DNA from: the human T2T-CHM13v2.0 reference genome, Homo sapiens | DNA: 64,000 bases | Assembly: GCF_009914755.1 (NCBI RefSeq) | Contig: NC_060926.1 | Strand: one strand, 5' to 3' | Part shown: positions 16,026-31,030 of the stretch, in pieces | Layout of the letters: each line of letters begins with the position of its first letter | Numbering within the stretch: position 1 is the stretch's first letter | Translations under genes and position numbers: made by a program | Notes under the pieces: generated by a model | The model's input: the letters and a program-made list of their open reading frames with translations, nothing else | Told to the model about the DNA's origin: nothing | The model's database searches: none

Positions 16026-16655
16026 AAAAGCTGAAACAACATTTTTCAAGACACTGGACTTCAGGCAAGAAAAGACAGTGACCCCTGAGAAATAGAAAAT
16101 AAATTAGACGAGCCTTATAATTGCAACAGGGAGCTTTCAGTCCACAGTGCAAAAGGGGAAATATAGGTCAGGAATAGCCAACATCTTGACTTACAGAGAC
16201 AGATATGGGAGTCTGGGGAGACCAAAGCGGCTACAGCTGGCAAGACAGATTACCTGGGAGAAGGGAAATGCAAAGAAAAAAACCTAGGAAAATCATCAGC
16301 AGATACACCTTAAATATTCAGCAGAGTAATGAGCAATGCATGAATTGGAGGAAACTAGAATGTGAAGAATATTTGCTCTTCGAGAATAGTGCCAGTTCCC
16401 ACTATCCAAATTGGAAAAATATATGATTCGAGGGGCATAATTCATGGAGTAGGGTACTTAGAAGAGTTTTGCCATGGAAATAGAGAATAGATAGCCCAAG
16501 ACTAAAGAAGCTTCTGACCCTATCTAATATTAAAAGCAAGCCTTTAGAGGACAAAGTATTTCCAAGAACCTTAACTACATTTGGAAACAAAGATCAGGAA
16601 TATCTGTGGGAATACAAAAATATTCATCATTTAATTAGATTAAGAACGCAATGTT

Positions 16656-16987
<332 letters not shown>

Positions 16988-17579
16988 TTAGTATCCAATG
17001 AATGATGATTGGGGATGCAAAGAAAGATAGAAATATAACCCAGAATGAAGAGAAAAATCAATCAATCAAAATTGTGAACTGCCACACTGTTGCATTTATC
17101 TGGCAAAGATATTTAAACAATTATAACTGTATTATACATGTGCAAGAGGTTAAGAAGAGACATGGAAGATATAAAAAGACCTCAACAACTTCTGGAAATG
17201 AAAATTACAATATATGAGGTCACATATACACTAGAGGAGAATGAAAGCAGATCATGTGTTGCAGAAAAGATAATACATTTGAAGACATAGAAAAAGAAAC
17301 TATGTAAAAGAGACACAAAGAAAAATTAATGATAATTTTTATAAAATAATTAAAATTTATCACAGAGTTGTGGAACGTCAAATTCTCTAGCATACATACA
17401 ACTGATGTTTTCAACAAAGATGAGGGGAAAATGGGGAACAAGAGAAATGTTTGAAGAAATAATGGCCAAAAACTTCTTCAAATGCTCTGAAAGCTGTCTA
17501 CCAACAGATCCAAAATACTCAGTGAATCACAAACACGAAATGCGTGCGGACAACATCAAGAATATAGTTAAAATCCATC

Positions 17580-18835
<1,256 letters not shown>

Positions 18836-18839
18836 AAGT

Positions 18840-19985
18840 ACTGCTTAGAGAGCTTTATAACTTAGATGTTTATATTAGAAAATAACATAAATCTCAAATT
18901 TCCCTTAAAATTTTGAAAATTAGAAAATTAAACCTAAATCAAGGAAAGGGAAGAAAATAAAAATCAAACAGAATTAATAAAATGGAGAAGAGAAGAAAAA
19001 AGAGAAACTCAAAGACAACAGAAAGGGAAAACAATAGAGGAAATAAAAACAAAAGCTAGTTCCTAATGGATTGTATAAAAATATCAATAAAATTGGTAGT
19101 CTTACAAAGAAAGAAAAAAAAGACAAAAACAAGAAAGATGGCATGTTTCAGAGACTACTGTCATTAAATAATAATGAACATTAGGAACAACTACTTTACA
19201 ATAAATATGGCAATCTTGGGAAAATACAAAAATTTCCTTGATAGGCACAAATTGCTAAAATTAACCAAATAAGAATTAGAAACTTGAACAGCCCTCTATC
19301 AATTAAAGAATTTGACTTAATTATAAAACAACCCGTAACAAAATTCCAAGTACTGGGTCACTTCCCAGGTAAATTTTGTTCAGCATTTAAGTAAAAAATC
19401 ACACCTATTCTAACTAAACATCTTTGGAAAATTGAGGAAGAAATGTATTCTACTTTACTTTGTGAGAACAATATTACTATGATAAAAACAAAGACAATAT
19501 AAGAAAGAACTATAAAACAATAATTCCTCTTAAATATAGATGCAAAAATTCTTAGCAATATGTTAGCATACAACTACAACAATATATAGGATAGATAATG
19601 CTTTATTCCAAGTGTGTTTTATTCTTGGAATACAAGATTAATTTAATATAAAATATCTATCAGTGTAATCACCATAATAATAAAAGAAAAGAAAAAACAA
19701 TGTTTTTCAATAGATGTAGAAAAATAATCGACAAAATTCAACATGTCTTCAATAAGAGCTCTCAGGAAACTAGGAATACAAGGAAATTTCTTCAACCTGA
19801 TTAAAAGATGTCTACAAAAAATCTATAGCTAACATTACAATCAATGGAAGATGCCTCTATTTGTTCTACCTAAGATTATAAACAAACAAGGATGGCTATT
19901 CTCACTACTTGCATTGGACAGTATACTAGAGACCATTGCAAGTAACTGAGGCAAGAAGAAGAAATAAACGAAAATTCAAACTAAA
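18840..19985 (+). mobile_element. Ancient L1M ORF2 fragment
   Basis: Decayed homology to the young ORF2 in this window: 'atatagatgcaaaaattcttagc', 'tcaatagatgtagaaaaataatcgacaaaattcaacat', 'ctatagctaacattaca'. Confidence 0.75.
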
Positions 19986-20095
19986 ATCAAAACAAATATC
20001 TATGATAATGATAAAACGTTCCAAGAACTTCTCTTGGTGTTAAATGCTAGGATCACAAATATGGGTATATTATCTGCCATCAGTATGATAAATAC

Positions 20096-20528
20096 TGTCA
20101 AACAAAATATTAAAGCAAGTTTAGTTATAGGTGTCATTGGCATGTGTTTGTGATCCATAAATCAAAGTAATTTCCATTCTACAACATACAGTGAGCACTC
20201 CCACCGGGCAATGGCAGAACAGTGGGCTTTGTAAGGTGGGAGCAAGGAAACAGACCAATAGAAAAAAAAGCTGACTGGTTAACATCAGGTTACTTTTTTG
20301 AAAGGATTAAAGCAGAGGGGACTTCCTTGTTAATGTGACTCAGGGAGAGTGTAATCTCCTGTTTTCAGGAACAACTGGTCTGTTGAGGATCTACCTGTTT
20401 CATTAAAGTATAAGTTTGTTTATGTAGCATTTAGCATGAGTGACTCCATTTTGGTTTTGTGTGATCTGTTGAGGCCTCGTGCAGGAGCTCAGTCCAAAAT
20501 GGTGGCTTCTCATAAGTTTTGTTTTACA
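20096..20528 (-). mobile_element. ERV1 (MER4-group) solo LTR, MER31/MER67-like
   Basis: TG...CA termini; reverse complement starts tgtaaaacaaaacttatgagaagccaccattttggactgagctcctgcacgaggcc...aaaatggagtcactcatgctaaatg. Confidence 0.7.
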
Positions 20529-20657
20529 AAACAAAGAAATAAATGATACAATCACCAATTATTGCAACGTTGAGAAAGGGATGACATTTCTAGTTGTAAT
20601 ATTCAGGGAAAACTAAAATGTTACCTGAAAAATGAGTTAAAACATGTAATTAGGTTG

Positions 20658-21319
20658 CTATTGTAAATAGTGCTGCAATAAACAAATGCCCATCAATGAT
20701 AGACTGGATAATGAAAATGTGACACATATACATCATGAAATACTATGCAGCCATAAAAAAGAATGAGTTCATGTCCTTTGCAGGGACATGGATGAAGCCG
20801 GAAACTATCATCCTCAGCAAACTAACACAGGAACAGAAAACCAAACATCGCATGTTCGCACTCATAACTGGGAGTTGAACAATGAGAACACATGGACACA
20901 GGGAGGGGAACATCACACACCAGGGCCTGTTGGGGGTGGGGTGAAAGGGGAGGGAGAGCAATAGGACGAATACCTAATGCATGTGGGGCTTAAAACCTAG
21001 ATGACGGTTTGATAGGTGCAGCAAACCACCATGGCACATGTATACCTATGTAACAAACCTGCACGATCAGCACACGTATCCCAGAACTTAAGGTAAAATT
21101 TAAATTAAAATTAAATTTAAAAATTTAAAATTTTAAAAATTAAATATATATATTTATATATAATTATATATTCATATATTTATATATAATTAAATATACA
21201 TTCATATATTTATTTATGAATTTATATATATGTGAATTTAAATATATAAATATTATAAATATATATATTTATATATATAAATATATTTTTATATATAAAT
21301 ATATATTTTTATATATATT
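20658..21319 (+). mobile_element. 5'-truncated, 5'-inverted L1 (L1PA7/8-like) with AT-rich expanded tail
   Basis: Inverted 30-bp piece (20655-20684), sense L1 3' end (20683-~21095), AT-rich tail; TSD taattaggttg at 20647-20657 and 21320-21330. Confidence 0.9.
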
Positions 21320-21320
21320 T
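21095..21320. repeat. AT-rich low-complexity/(TA)n tract (~225 bp)
   Basis: Direct reading; almost no G or C. Confidence 0.95.
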
Positions 21321-21339
21321 AATTAGGTTGAAAAATGTA

Positions 21340-21720
21340 TTCCACAGGCCCACAGTATGACTTAGCAATTCAAGGGACATCTTATATGAAAATGTGTAAA
21401 GGGGCAAAACAACATGCTTAGGCATATGTTAGGAGAACTGAGTGTTGTGGGTTGAGAGCCAAGGAGAGAAGAAAGAGGAGAATGACAAGATAAGCTGCCA
21501 GATAAGGAATAGTTTTATGTGCAAAGAAGAGGAGTTTTAACTTAATACTGCAGGAAGAGTGTTAGATAGGGTTAATGAATAAGAAGGCATTGCTGAAATG
21601 TTACTCTGTCAATTACAGGACAGACTGAAGGGGTAAGAAGAGAGGTTGGGTAAGGGAGACCTATTTAGGTTATTACAGTAGTCTATTTATGCTTCTATAT
21701 AATGTTGCTGGAAATTGATA
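21340..21720 (-). mobile_element. Degenerate L2 fragment
   Basis: 'ggagttttaacttaatactgcagg...agggagacctatttaggttattacagtagtcta' resembles antisense L2. Confidence 0.5.
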
Positions 21721-21724
21721 GAAA

Positions 21725-22503
21725 TGAGAGACAGGACTAGCTGGATTTCCTAGGCCGACTAAGAATCCCTAAGCCTAGCTGAGAAGGTGACCGCATCCAC
21801 CTTTAAACAGGGAGCTTGCAACTTAGTTCACACCCAACCAATCAGAGAGCTCACTAAAATGGTAATTAAGCAAAAACAGGAGGTAAAGAAATAGCCAATC
21901 ATCTATTGCCTGAGAGCAGAGCTGGAGGGATAAGGATCGGGATATAAACCCAGGCATTCGAGCAGGCAACGGCAACCCCCTTTGGGTCCCCTCCCTTTGT
22001 ATGGGGGCTCTGTTTTCACTCTATTTCACTCTATTAAATCTTGCAACTGCACCTTCTGGTCCATGTTTGTTACGGCTGGAACTGAGCTTTCGGTCACTGT
22101 CCACCACTGCTGTTTGCCACCATCGCAGACCTGCTGCTGACTCCCATCCCTCCGGATCCAGCAGGGTGTCTGCTGTGCTCTTGATCCAGTGAGGCGCCCG
22201 TTGCCACTCCTGATGGGGCTAAAGGCTTGCCATTGTTTCTGCATGGCTAAATGCCTGGGTTCGTCCTAATCGAGCTGAACCCTAGTCACTGGGTTCCAGG
22301 GTTCTCTTCTGTGACCCACGACTTCTAATAGAGCTATAACACTCACTGCATGGCCCAAGATTCCATTCGTTGGAATCCGTGAGGCCAAGAACCCCAGGTC
22401 AGAGAACAGGAGGCTTGCCACCATCTTGGAAGTGACCTGCTGCCATTTTGGAAGTAGCCAACCACCATCTTGGGAGCTCTGGGAGCAAGGACCCCCGGTT
22501 ACA
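21725..22503 (+). mobile_element. HERV-W solo LTR (LTR17), complete, 779 bp
   Basis: Starts TGAGAGACAGGACTAGCTGGATTTCCTAGGCCGACTAAGAATCCC as in HERV-W LTRs; ends ggacccccggttaCA; 4-bp TSD gaaa (21721-21724 / 22504-22507). Confidence 0.93.
21838..22038 (+). promoter_or_regulatory. LTR17 U3/R promoter and polyadenylation motifs
   Basis: CCAAT boxes at 21838-21842 and 21895-21899, TATAAA at 21943-21948, ATTAAA at 22033-22038. Confidence 0.7.
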
Positions 22504-22733
22504 GAAATATTATCTTTCATTTTATAATTTAAAATGTATTTTTACATATATATTTCATTTAATCTTCACATTAAAGATTAAAGCAAAAATAACCCCACTG
22601 AGGTGCAATTAATTAATTTACTTATTCATTTGTTTCTTCTCTTTCTTTTTTAAATATATAGCATTCATTTTTTCCATAAAACTGCTAATTTCTTATGTAC
22701 ACATTAGCAAAATAAATTAAATATGAATTAAGG

Positions 22734-22734
<1 letters not shown>

Positions 22735-22772
<38 letters not shown>
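22735..22772. repeat. (TA)19 microsatellite abutting an Alu poly-T
   Basis: Direct reading. Confidence 0.95.
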
Positions 22773-23150
<378 letters not shown>

Positions 23151-23512
23151 TGAGTGCTTATTTTTACGTGAAAAACAATATTGCCAATATTTTCCATGTT
23201 AACTTTATGTGTTGAGGTGGCTTACACAAAAGGGGAAGGATGTTAAATACACATAAATTTTGTCAGGAGTGTAACATCAAACTTCGAATTCTACTCTCTG
23301 CTCTCAGGTGGCAAATAAAATAAGATGCAGTAGAAAGAGCACGAGCCAACTCAACACATGGATTGGACTTTGCTGCTTACCAACTATGAGAAAATGAACA
23401 ACACCTTTCACCTCTAAAGTATTATTTCTTTTTCTATAAAATTTAGTTAGGAATTGCTGCATTTTCCTCAATCTTGAATAGTTTCCAATCTCACATAGCA
23501 TGGAGTGTTTTC

Positions 23513-23912
<400 letters not shown>

Positions 23913-26324
23913 TAGCCCTCACTTAGTGCTTACAGAATGAAAGGGTGAATGATATTATGCAAAATGGTACTGTCTTTATTACAATGCAAAATAGCAAATG
24001 TTTCTATTAGCAAGCAGTTTACCCACATGACATAAATGTTTCTAACTGTAGGAAACACATGGCTTGGGGATCATGAATGTTTAATGGGTTTGAGTTTTAA
24101 AGGCACTTGGTTTAAAAATAACTCTTGGAACTGTTGAGTAATGTTGATTATGCATTGTTTTGCCATGCGTCAAAAAGATAATATGTCTCTATGAATTCCA
24201 TTTCTGTTTCTCATTATCTGCACCCTACATCATTAACTTTTAAGGAATTTGGCTTTTATTTGCTGTCCTAATGTTGCAAAGTTTCATTTTTCTTCTTCAA
24301 ATGACTAGCACTTTTGAAGAAAGAGTGTTTTCTTTTGATATGCAGTTTGTATTGACACCTTTGTTTTGTTCTCCCAAGTTTGTTATAGGTGAAATTTGAA
24401 GAATTTAAAGTCTTCAGTACAAAGTCTCTTCAAGAATTTGTCCTCATACCTTCACCACAAGAGCAAGAGCCCCCTCCTCCTCAGGAAAGGCAGGAAGAAA
24501 ATACTCTGATATAAATTTCCTGCTGCCTCAAGGAAAGAGCAGAACAATGTGTTATAAATGTAATAAACTGAAGGAATTATTTTCAGATATCACATTGTTA
24601 TGCAATATGATACAACATAGGGGGTTACATTTAGGGGCAGATTTTCTTTCTTTGATGTTTACCCTATCCCACAGAGTGACCTTTTTAGAGTAGCCACACA
24701 CAAGACTGTACCAGCATAGAACTGATGCGAACAGGGAGCAGCTTTGTTCAAAGTGAAGGTCACTATGGCATGGACTTCCCCTACTGAAAAAAACAAAGGT
24801 AAATGCATTGATAATATTTGGGTCTTTTTTTTAAAAAAAAGAAGGGGATGTGTGCAAAAATATTGCTTAATTTCCAAGGAACTGCAGCTTGATTTCACTT
24901 ATGCAGAAGGTAATGACCATATCTGTAGGGTGGCCTCTCACAACTCAAACTCAGTAGTTGACTCTGGCTTTCTGTACATCAAGGAGCTCTGCGGCTGAGA
25001 GCTATAGAAACCAGAGAATTTTAATCTATCATTTCATCTTGAGATATACTGGGAAGTACTTTTCTATCAATGACAGCCTTATTGGCTACAGAGATATTTA
25101 ACCGTGAATACTTAAGGGTGTGCTAGGATTTTCTTAACCTACCACTTAGCTGTCCACAGAAGGTCATCAATCAACATTCAAAGTTATCTTATTTTTCTAA
25201 CCTAGATATATTTACATTGTGGTCTACAGAGTCTAAATAGTTCCACATAGAACCATCAGCAGATATCAAGGGAAGTGAGGAACAGAGTTACAGAACTGAC
25301 GCACAACAGCTATATCATTATCTGTTCCATATATTAAAATGCCCTTAAAATTACAACTCAAGAAAAGATTAACAGTAAAAACACTGAGCCACAATCACTC
25401 TGTCTTCCCCTCTGCTTCCCTAAAAGGCCTCTGCGCTGTAAGTCTGTGTTCTCTCTTTTCTCGGAATACTGTTGTGCCTTTTTATGTCCTTGCTTAGTTT
25501 AACGCAAGATCTTAGTTTAAAGGGTCTCAGATTTGGAGAAAAAATCTCTGTCTTGGAGGTGCTCTCACTCAACCTTCTAATCAGAGACCTCAACCCTTCT
25601 TTACAACCTAGTCATTTCTTTCTCCAGCTCAGACACATACATATCCTATATTCAATAGTGGAACAGGCCTCCTCCATTCTATACCACTGGGTATTATAGA
25701 TATTCAACTTATTTGCTTTCTGAACCAGATAAATCACCACAATTAAGACTCTCATTTGCTACAAATGGAAGGTGCTAGCAATTGAATCATGTTCATAATT
25801 AATAAAAGAAAAAATATTTTTTATATCTGTAGGTTAAAAATAAGCATCATTCTCTCTCTTCAGAAACAATCCATGGTATTAGTGTCAAAGTATATTTGAG
25901 AGATTTAAACATTTGGATTTTAATGACAGAGTGACAACCTCAGAAAGGTTGCACTATAAGTAATCATTCCACTGGCAGCTGAGAATGCTCTCCACCAACA
26001 CTGACTTTCTCCTGAATAGTCTTCCCGTGATCTCTAATGTGCTGACCAATCTCCTCTTTTACACTGTTTTTCATTCCTTTAAAGAGAGATGTTTAAATGC
26101 CAGGTGTATAGAACATGGAGTGTCATAACAGGTGACATCACTTCAACACTTTTTACTGTCACCCATTTTTTTTCCAAATATTTATTTATGTTGGTAGCAT
26201 CCACTTTAAGTCCCAGAAAAACTGAGAGAAATTTGTGATAATATGCCATGGCTAATGGGACCTATTCATCTCGTGTTAAAAACAGTCGATCAATATATTA
26301 AGTAAACCCTTATATTTATGGATT

Positions 26325-26515
26325 GTGTGGTAGTAAAGTGATTAGGATCTAACTTAGACAGTAAGGGATCCAACTGATGATCCACACTACTTGGAAACTG
26401 TTGACCTTGTTTAAGATACATAGCCTCTCATAGCCTCAAATTCCTTATCCTATAAAGGGAAATAATGATACCCACTTCATAAAGCCCTTGAAAGTTTTAA
26501 TTGAAATAGTACAAA
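26325..26515 (+). mobile_element. MIR SINE fragment
   Basis: Core-like 'ctgttgaccttgtttaagatacatagcctctcatagcctcaaattccttatcctataaagggaaataatgataccc'. Confidence 0.6.
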
Positions 26516-27564
26516 TTCTATAATTTTTTGCTAGAAAATGGTCATGGCTATTTTTCTTTCGTACATTTGATCTTATAACCTTAATACATAAATTAGCTTT
26601 TGGTTCATTTAATCTAACAGCATTTTTCAGATAAGAAACTTAAAATAACTGAGAACTAGTATGTTTTTCCTAATATATCCAATCATTTAATCAAAGATGC
26701 AAAACCAGAGAAGAGGTCTTCCTACATTCATGGTCTCCTAATTGTAAAACAAGATGTAAGTAAAAACAACACAAATTATGTAAGTTAGTATAATAAACAA
26801 ATGATATATTAAAATGAGAAAGAGCCATTGTTCTCTGATTCATTTCAACAACTTGTTAACTTGCTTTGGGAGCTATGGTAAATTATATTTTAATGACAAA
26901 ATGCTTGGGTATTCTTGACTTGAAAAGATCATAAAGACAATATATTATCAAGAAAATGTGTGTTCATGAAATTGGTAAGACAGAAGTATTTGAACCATGG
27001 AAAGCCAAGGAAAAGACACTCATCCACTTTGAGCAGCAGCTTGTAACCAAGTTCAGACCCTCTGTAATGTGTAAAGGATCCTAAGAACTTCCTGCAAGAA
27101 TCTCAAACCTCATCTTGATGTCTCAGGTCTCACCAGCAAAGAAGCTCTGATATGTCTAGAGTCCCAGTTCTTGGCAGTGCCTAAGTGTCACAGGAGCAGA
27201 GATGCATGCACATACCTCTGGAAACACACTTCCCCTGACCTTTTCCTCCAAATATATATATTTTAAGTACAAGTCACCAATATTTCTCTCTTAAATACAA
27301 TTCCAGCTCACAAGCTATAATCTTGATCCACTAGACTATAAACTTTGTGAGGATGAGTGAGGACCTTATTTATTTTATTTATTGCTGTATCATCAAAAAT
27401 GAGACTCCAGTCAAACACCAACAAGGCAACTATTCTGTGTGAGAGGATTTTATGTGCTATAAGAGACTATTCTATATTGGAAGACCTGATTTTGAAATCT
27501 CAAATGAAGATTATTCTTAAGGCTTTACTGGCCAAAGAAAAACACCATACAACCTCTAAGACAC

Positions 27565-27880
27565 TCTCTTAGTCCATTTTTGTGCTGCTGTACCAGAATA
27601 GCAGATATCAGGTAACTTATGAAACAAAAAAATAAAATATTTGGCTTATGGCTCTGGAGGCTGGGAAGTCCAAGGTTGAGAGGTCACATCTTGTGAGGAC
27701 CTTCTTGCTGCATGAGAGCAAGAGCTTAAACTGGCAACCTCCAGTACTTTTATGCTTGGCAGAAATCCATTCCTGAGGGTGGAGCCCTCATGACCTAAAC
27801 ACCTCCCATTAAGACTTACCTCCTAACACTGTTACATTTGGGATTAAGTTCCTAATACATGCTTTTTTGGGAGACACATT
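27565..27880 (-). mobile_element. MaLR LTR (MSTC/MSTD-like)
   Basis: 'cttagtccatttttgtgctgctg...ctggaggctgggaagtccaagg...gagggtggagccctcatgacctaaacacctccc'. Confidence 0.8.
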
Positions 27881-28261
27881 TTCTAATAAGTCTGAATTTG
27901 TACAATGATCTCCGTCCCTTCTCTGATGCAAGATTCCAAGCACCCTAATGCCTAATTCAGCAATTTCATGCTGCTCATCCTGGTGCTCTGGGTTTGTCCA
28001 TGGTTTAGATCTATGCTACTGACCAACCTCAGCTATCTGTTCCCCTTTAGCTCCAGCTGATGTACTCTCAGCCCCTGGCAGGAGTGTATGTAATCATAGG
28101 CAAGGAATTGGGCACACGAGAAAAACCAGACATTAGACCAAACTTTAATATTCTCACAATTCATGACCTTTTATAAATCATTTCCTTTCTTGGGATCTCT
28201 GGCTTCAATTGCAAATGTAAAGATTATTTCATCAAAATATTTTTGTTTGTTTTGATTTCTG

Positions 28262-28446
28262 TGGCCTATTGGAAGGTGGAGGATGGGGGGAGGGAAAGGA
28301 TTCAGGAAAATAATTAATGGGTACTAGGCTTAACACCTGGGTGATGAAATAATCTGTACAACAAATCCCCATGACAAAAGTTTATCTACATATTTAATAA
28401 CAAACCCACACATGTACTGCTGAACTTAAAAGTAAAATTTTAAAAA
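28262..28446 (+). mobile_element. Short L1 3' end (L1PA15/16-like)
   Basis: 'gggtactaggcttaacacctgggtgatgaaataatctgtacaacaaatccccatgac...ctgaacttaaaag'. Confidence 0.8.
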
Positions 28447-29444
28447 GTTGTTTTTAGAACTAGATTTTATTTTTTATTCTGTCTGGGAGCAAGAAAGAAG
28501 GCTTGAATGTGAGAATCAGGCAAAGCTTCGCAAACAAACTTTTATATGATCCTTAAGGTAAAAGCAGAATTGAAACTGGCCAAGACCAACAAACTAAACC
28601 AGGTAAAGGGAGAAACATTAGTGCAGACACTGAGATAGAAAAACACAGGTCACCTACAAACCAGTGCCACTCCTACAGATTTTTATCAATTAGTGTATTT
28701 TATGCATAAGGTTAAATTTATCAGTAATAAGATATTATGAAAGGGAAATTTATTCAATATTAAGAACTTTCCTTTATTCTATCTGCCTGTTTTGCAATTA
28801 AAAGTTCCTTTTAAAAATGGGGCATCAATACTATCTTATGGAATATGTATTCTTTAAAATATCCTTACACCTCAAAATTAAAAGTTGGAAAAAATAAGGT
28901 GGTAGCCAGAATGTTTTCTAAAATTTTACTAGTTCAAAAAAATTTTTTTAAGTATTGAGATCATTCGCATAAACTGAATAGCAAAAAATTCTGATTGGAG
29001 CTCCAGCCTCTTTGGTGGACTATAAGATTAATAAAATGTGGTTCAAAGACCATGAATGTCATAATAGGTGTTACTATTACCACCATTTTCTTAAAGAAAA
29101 AATAAAGGTTCTGGGAAGTAAAATTACTTTCCAAAAGTTTCATTTTTAGTTGAAAAATTGTATTTGTAACTTGAAAGCTTGTGTTTCTAATGCTTTTGAC
29201 AAAAGCATTATCTTCTTACCCAGTGATTTTGGTGACAGCAGTATCATTGGAGTGGTGAGGGCAGAATCAATTTTGTCTAGCATTGGGGCATGCGATATAG
29301 AAGGGTATTTAGAATAGAATGAATTCCAAAAACCTTTCTGTGAAGTGAGATAGCCTTAGTTGCAGATACATGTATGACATGGGTCAAATAAGAGCATTTT
29401 TTTTTATTTTGATGCTCGACTTTTCTTTTTATTAATGGGAAAAA

Positions 29445-29960
29445 AGTAGAAGTCTGAAATCAGTTTCAATGGGAAAAAAATCAGTCTGGTGGGGACAGGG
29501 CCACTCTTTCTCCAAAAGCTGTAAAGGAGAATTCATTGCTTGCTACTTTCAGCTTCTGGTAGCTACCAGCATTTCTTGATGTGTGGCTACATCGCTTCAA
29601 TCTCTACCTTAGTAGTTATATTGCCTTTTCTTCTTCTGTGTCAAATCTCCCTCTGTCTCCTTCTTATAAGGCACTCAAGGTTACATATAGGGCTCATCCA
29701 AATAATCCAGGAAAATTCTTCCATCTCAATATCTTTAATCACACCCACAATCTACCCTCTGATCCCCAAAGATTTACATCTATCCTCCATGCAAAATGTG
29801 CTCATCACATTCTGCCCAACCCTAAAATGACTCAACCATTTACATCAACTCCAAGTCCAAAATCTCGTCTAAATATCATCAGCTCAAAACTCTCAAATTT
29901 CATCATTTAAATCAGATATGGGGAGCCTCTAGGTATGAGACATCCTGGGGCAGAATTCTT
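29445..29960 (-). mobile_element. MaLR LTR (MLT1C-like) plus adjoining internal sequence
   Basis: 'cagcttctggtagctaccagcattt...aaatctccctctgtctccttcttataagg...atccaaataatccagg', then 'ccctctgatcccc...tccatgcaaaat'. Confidence 0.7.
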
Positions 29961-30068
29961 TGACATTTTTAAAGTAAAACATTTGGCCCTGTGCCTTGCA
30001 TGTAATAGGTGCCCACAAAATGTTAGCCACCATCAGAATTATCCCCTTCATCTTTTTCCCTCATTACA

Positions 30069-30581
30069 TGCTGAGACCAGCTCGGTCGGGGAGACCCTAA
30101 CCCAGCAGCTCTAGAGGAATTAAAGACACACACACAGAAATATAGAGGTGTAAAGTGGGAAATCGGGGGTCTCACAGCCTTCAGAGCTTAGAGCCCCAAA
30201 CAGAGATTTACCCACATATTTATTAACAGCAAACCAGTCATTGGCATTGTTTCTATAGATATTAAATTAACTAAAAGTATCCCTTATGGGAAACGAAGGG
30301 ATGGGCCGAATTAAAGGAATAGGTTGGGCTAGTTACCTGCAGCAGGAACATGTCCTTAAGGCATACATCGCTCATGCTATTGTTTGTGGCTTAAGAATGC
30401 CTTTAAGTGGTTTTCCACCCAGGGCTGGCCAGGTGTTCCTTGTCCTCCTTCCTGTAAAGCCACAACCTACCACCTTGGGCGTTAGGGCCATTATGAACAT
30501 GTCACAGTGCTGCAGAGATTTTGTTTATGGCCAGTCTTGGGGCCAGTTAATGGCCAGATTTTGGGGGGCTTGCTCCCAACA
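30069..30581 (-). mobile_element. HERV-K(HML-3) solo LTR (MER9), complete, 513 bp
   Basis: Reverse complement starts TGTTGGGAGCAAGCCCCCCAAAATCTGGCC; TG...CA ends; perfect 6-bp TSD attaca (30063-30068 / 30582-30587), the length typical of betaretroviral integration. Confidence 0.9.
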
Positions 30582-30864
30582 ATTACATGGCTTATTTTCT
30601 TTAGCTTACCATGGTTCTGCTGTAGCTATGTCTTTAAACATGGACGATTCAGATCCTCCTTGGAATAACATAAAAAGTTAATCATAAATGAAAAATAAAA
30701 TGATTGACTGTTTAGAAAAAAGGATAATCAGAATGGAGACGATAAGGGAAGAATATCACTAAATAGGTTTCACATTCTCATAGCAGAGAAAAGACAAAGT
30801 GTAAGATGTGATGATGATGTTGATGATGATGATGGTCATGGTGGTACTAGGAGTAGCAGTAGCA

Positions 30865-31030
30865 GTAACCCTTACTGAGAATTTATCTTGTAATGGAAGC
30901 TTTTCTAAGTGTTTTACCTGTGTTACCTCATTTAATCTTCACCACACTCTTGTGAGGTGGACATTTTATTATCCTCATGTTTAGAGGAGGAAACTGGGAT
31001 AGAGAATTTATGCAATTAGTAAGTGGCAAA
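30865..31030 (-). mobile_element. MIR SINE fragment
   Basis: 'cctcatttaatcttcaccacactcttgtgaggtggacattttattatcctcatgtttagaggaggaaactggg'. Confidence 0.75.

Noticed and set aside
24360-24400. Second AG|GT recursive-like motif (tttgttatag|gtgaaa)
   Set aside because: Weak donor and a competing upstream AG; expected by chance.
30286-30681. 131-aa ORF
   Set aside because: Mostly the antisense strand of the MER9 LTR; not a retroviral gene.
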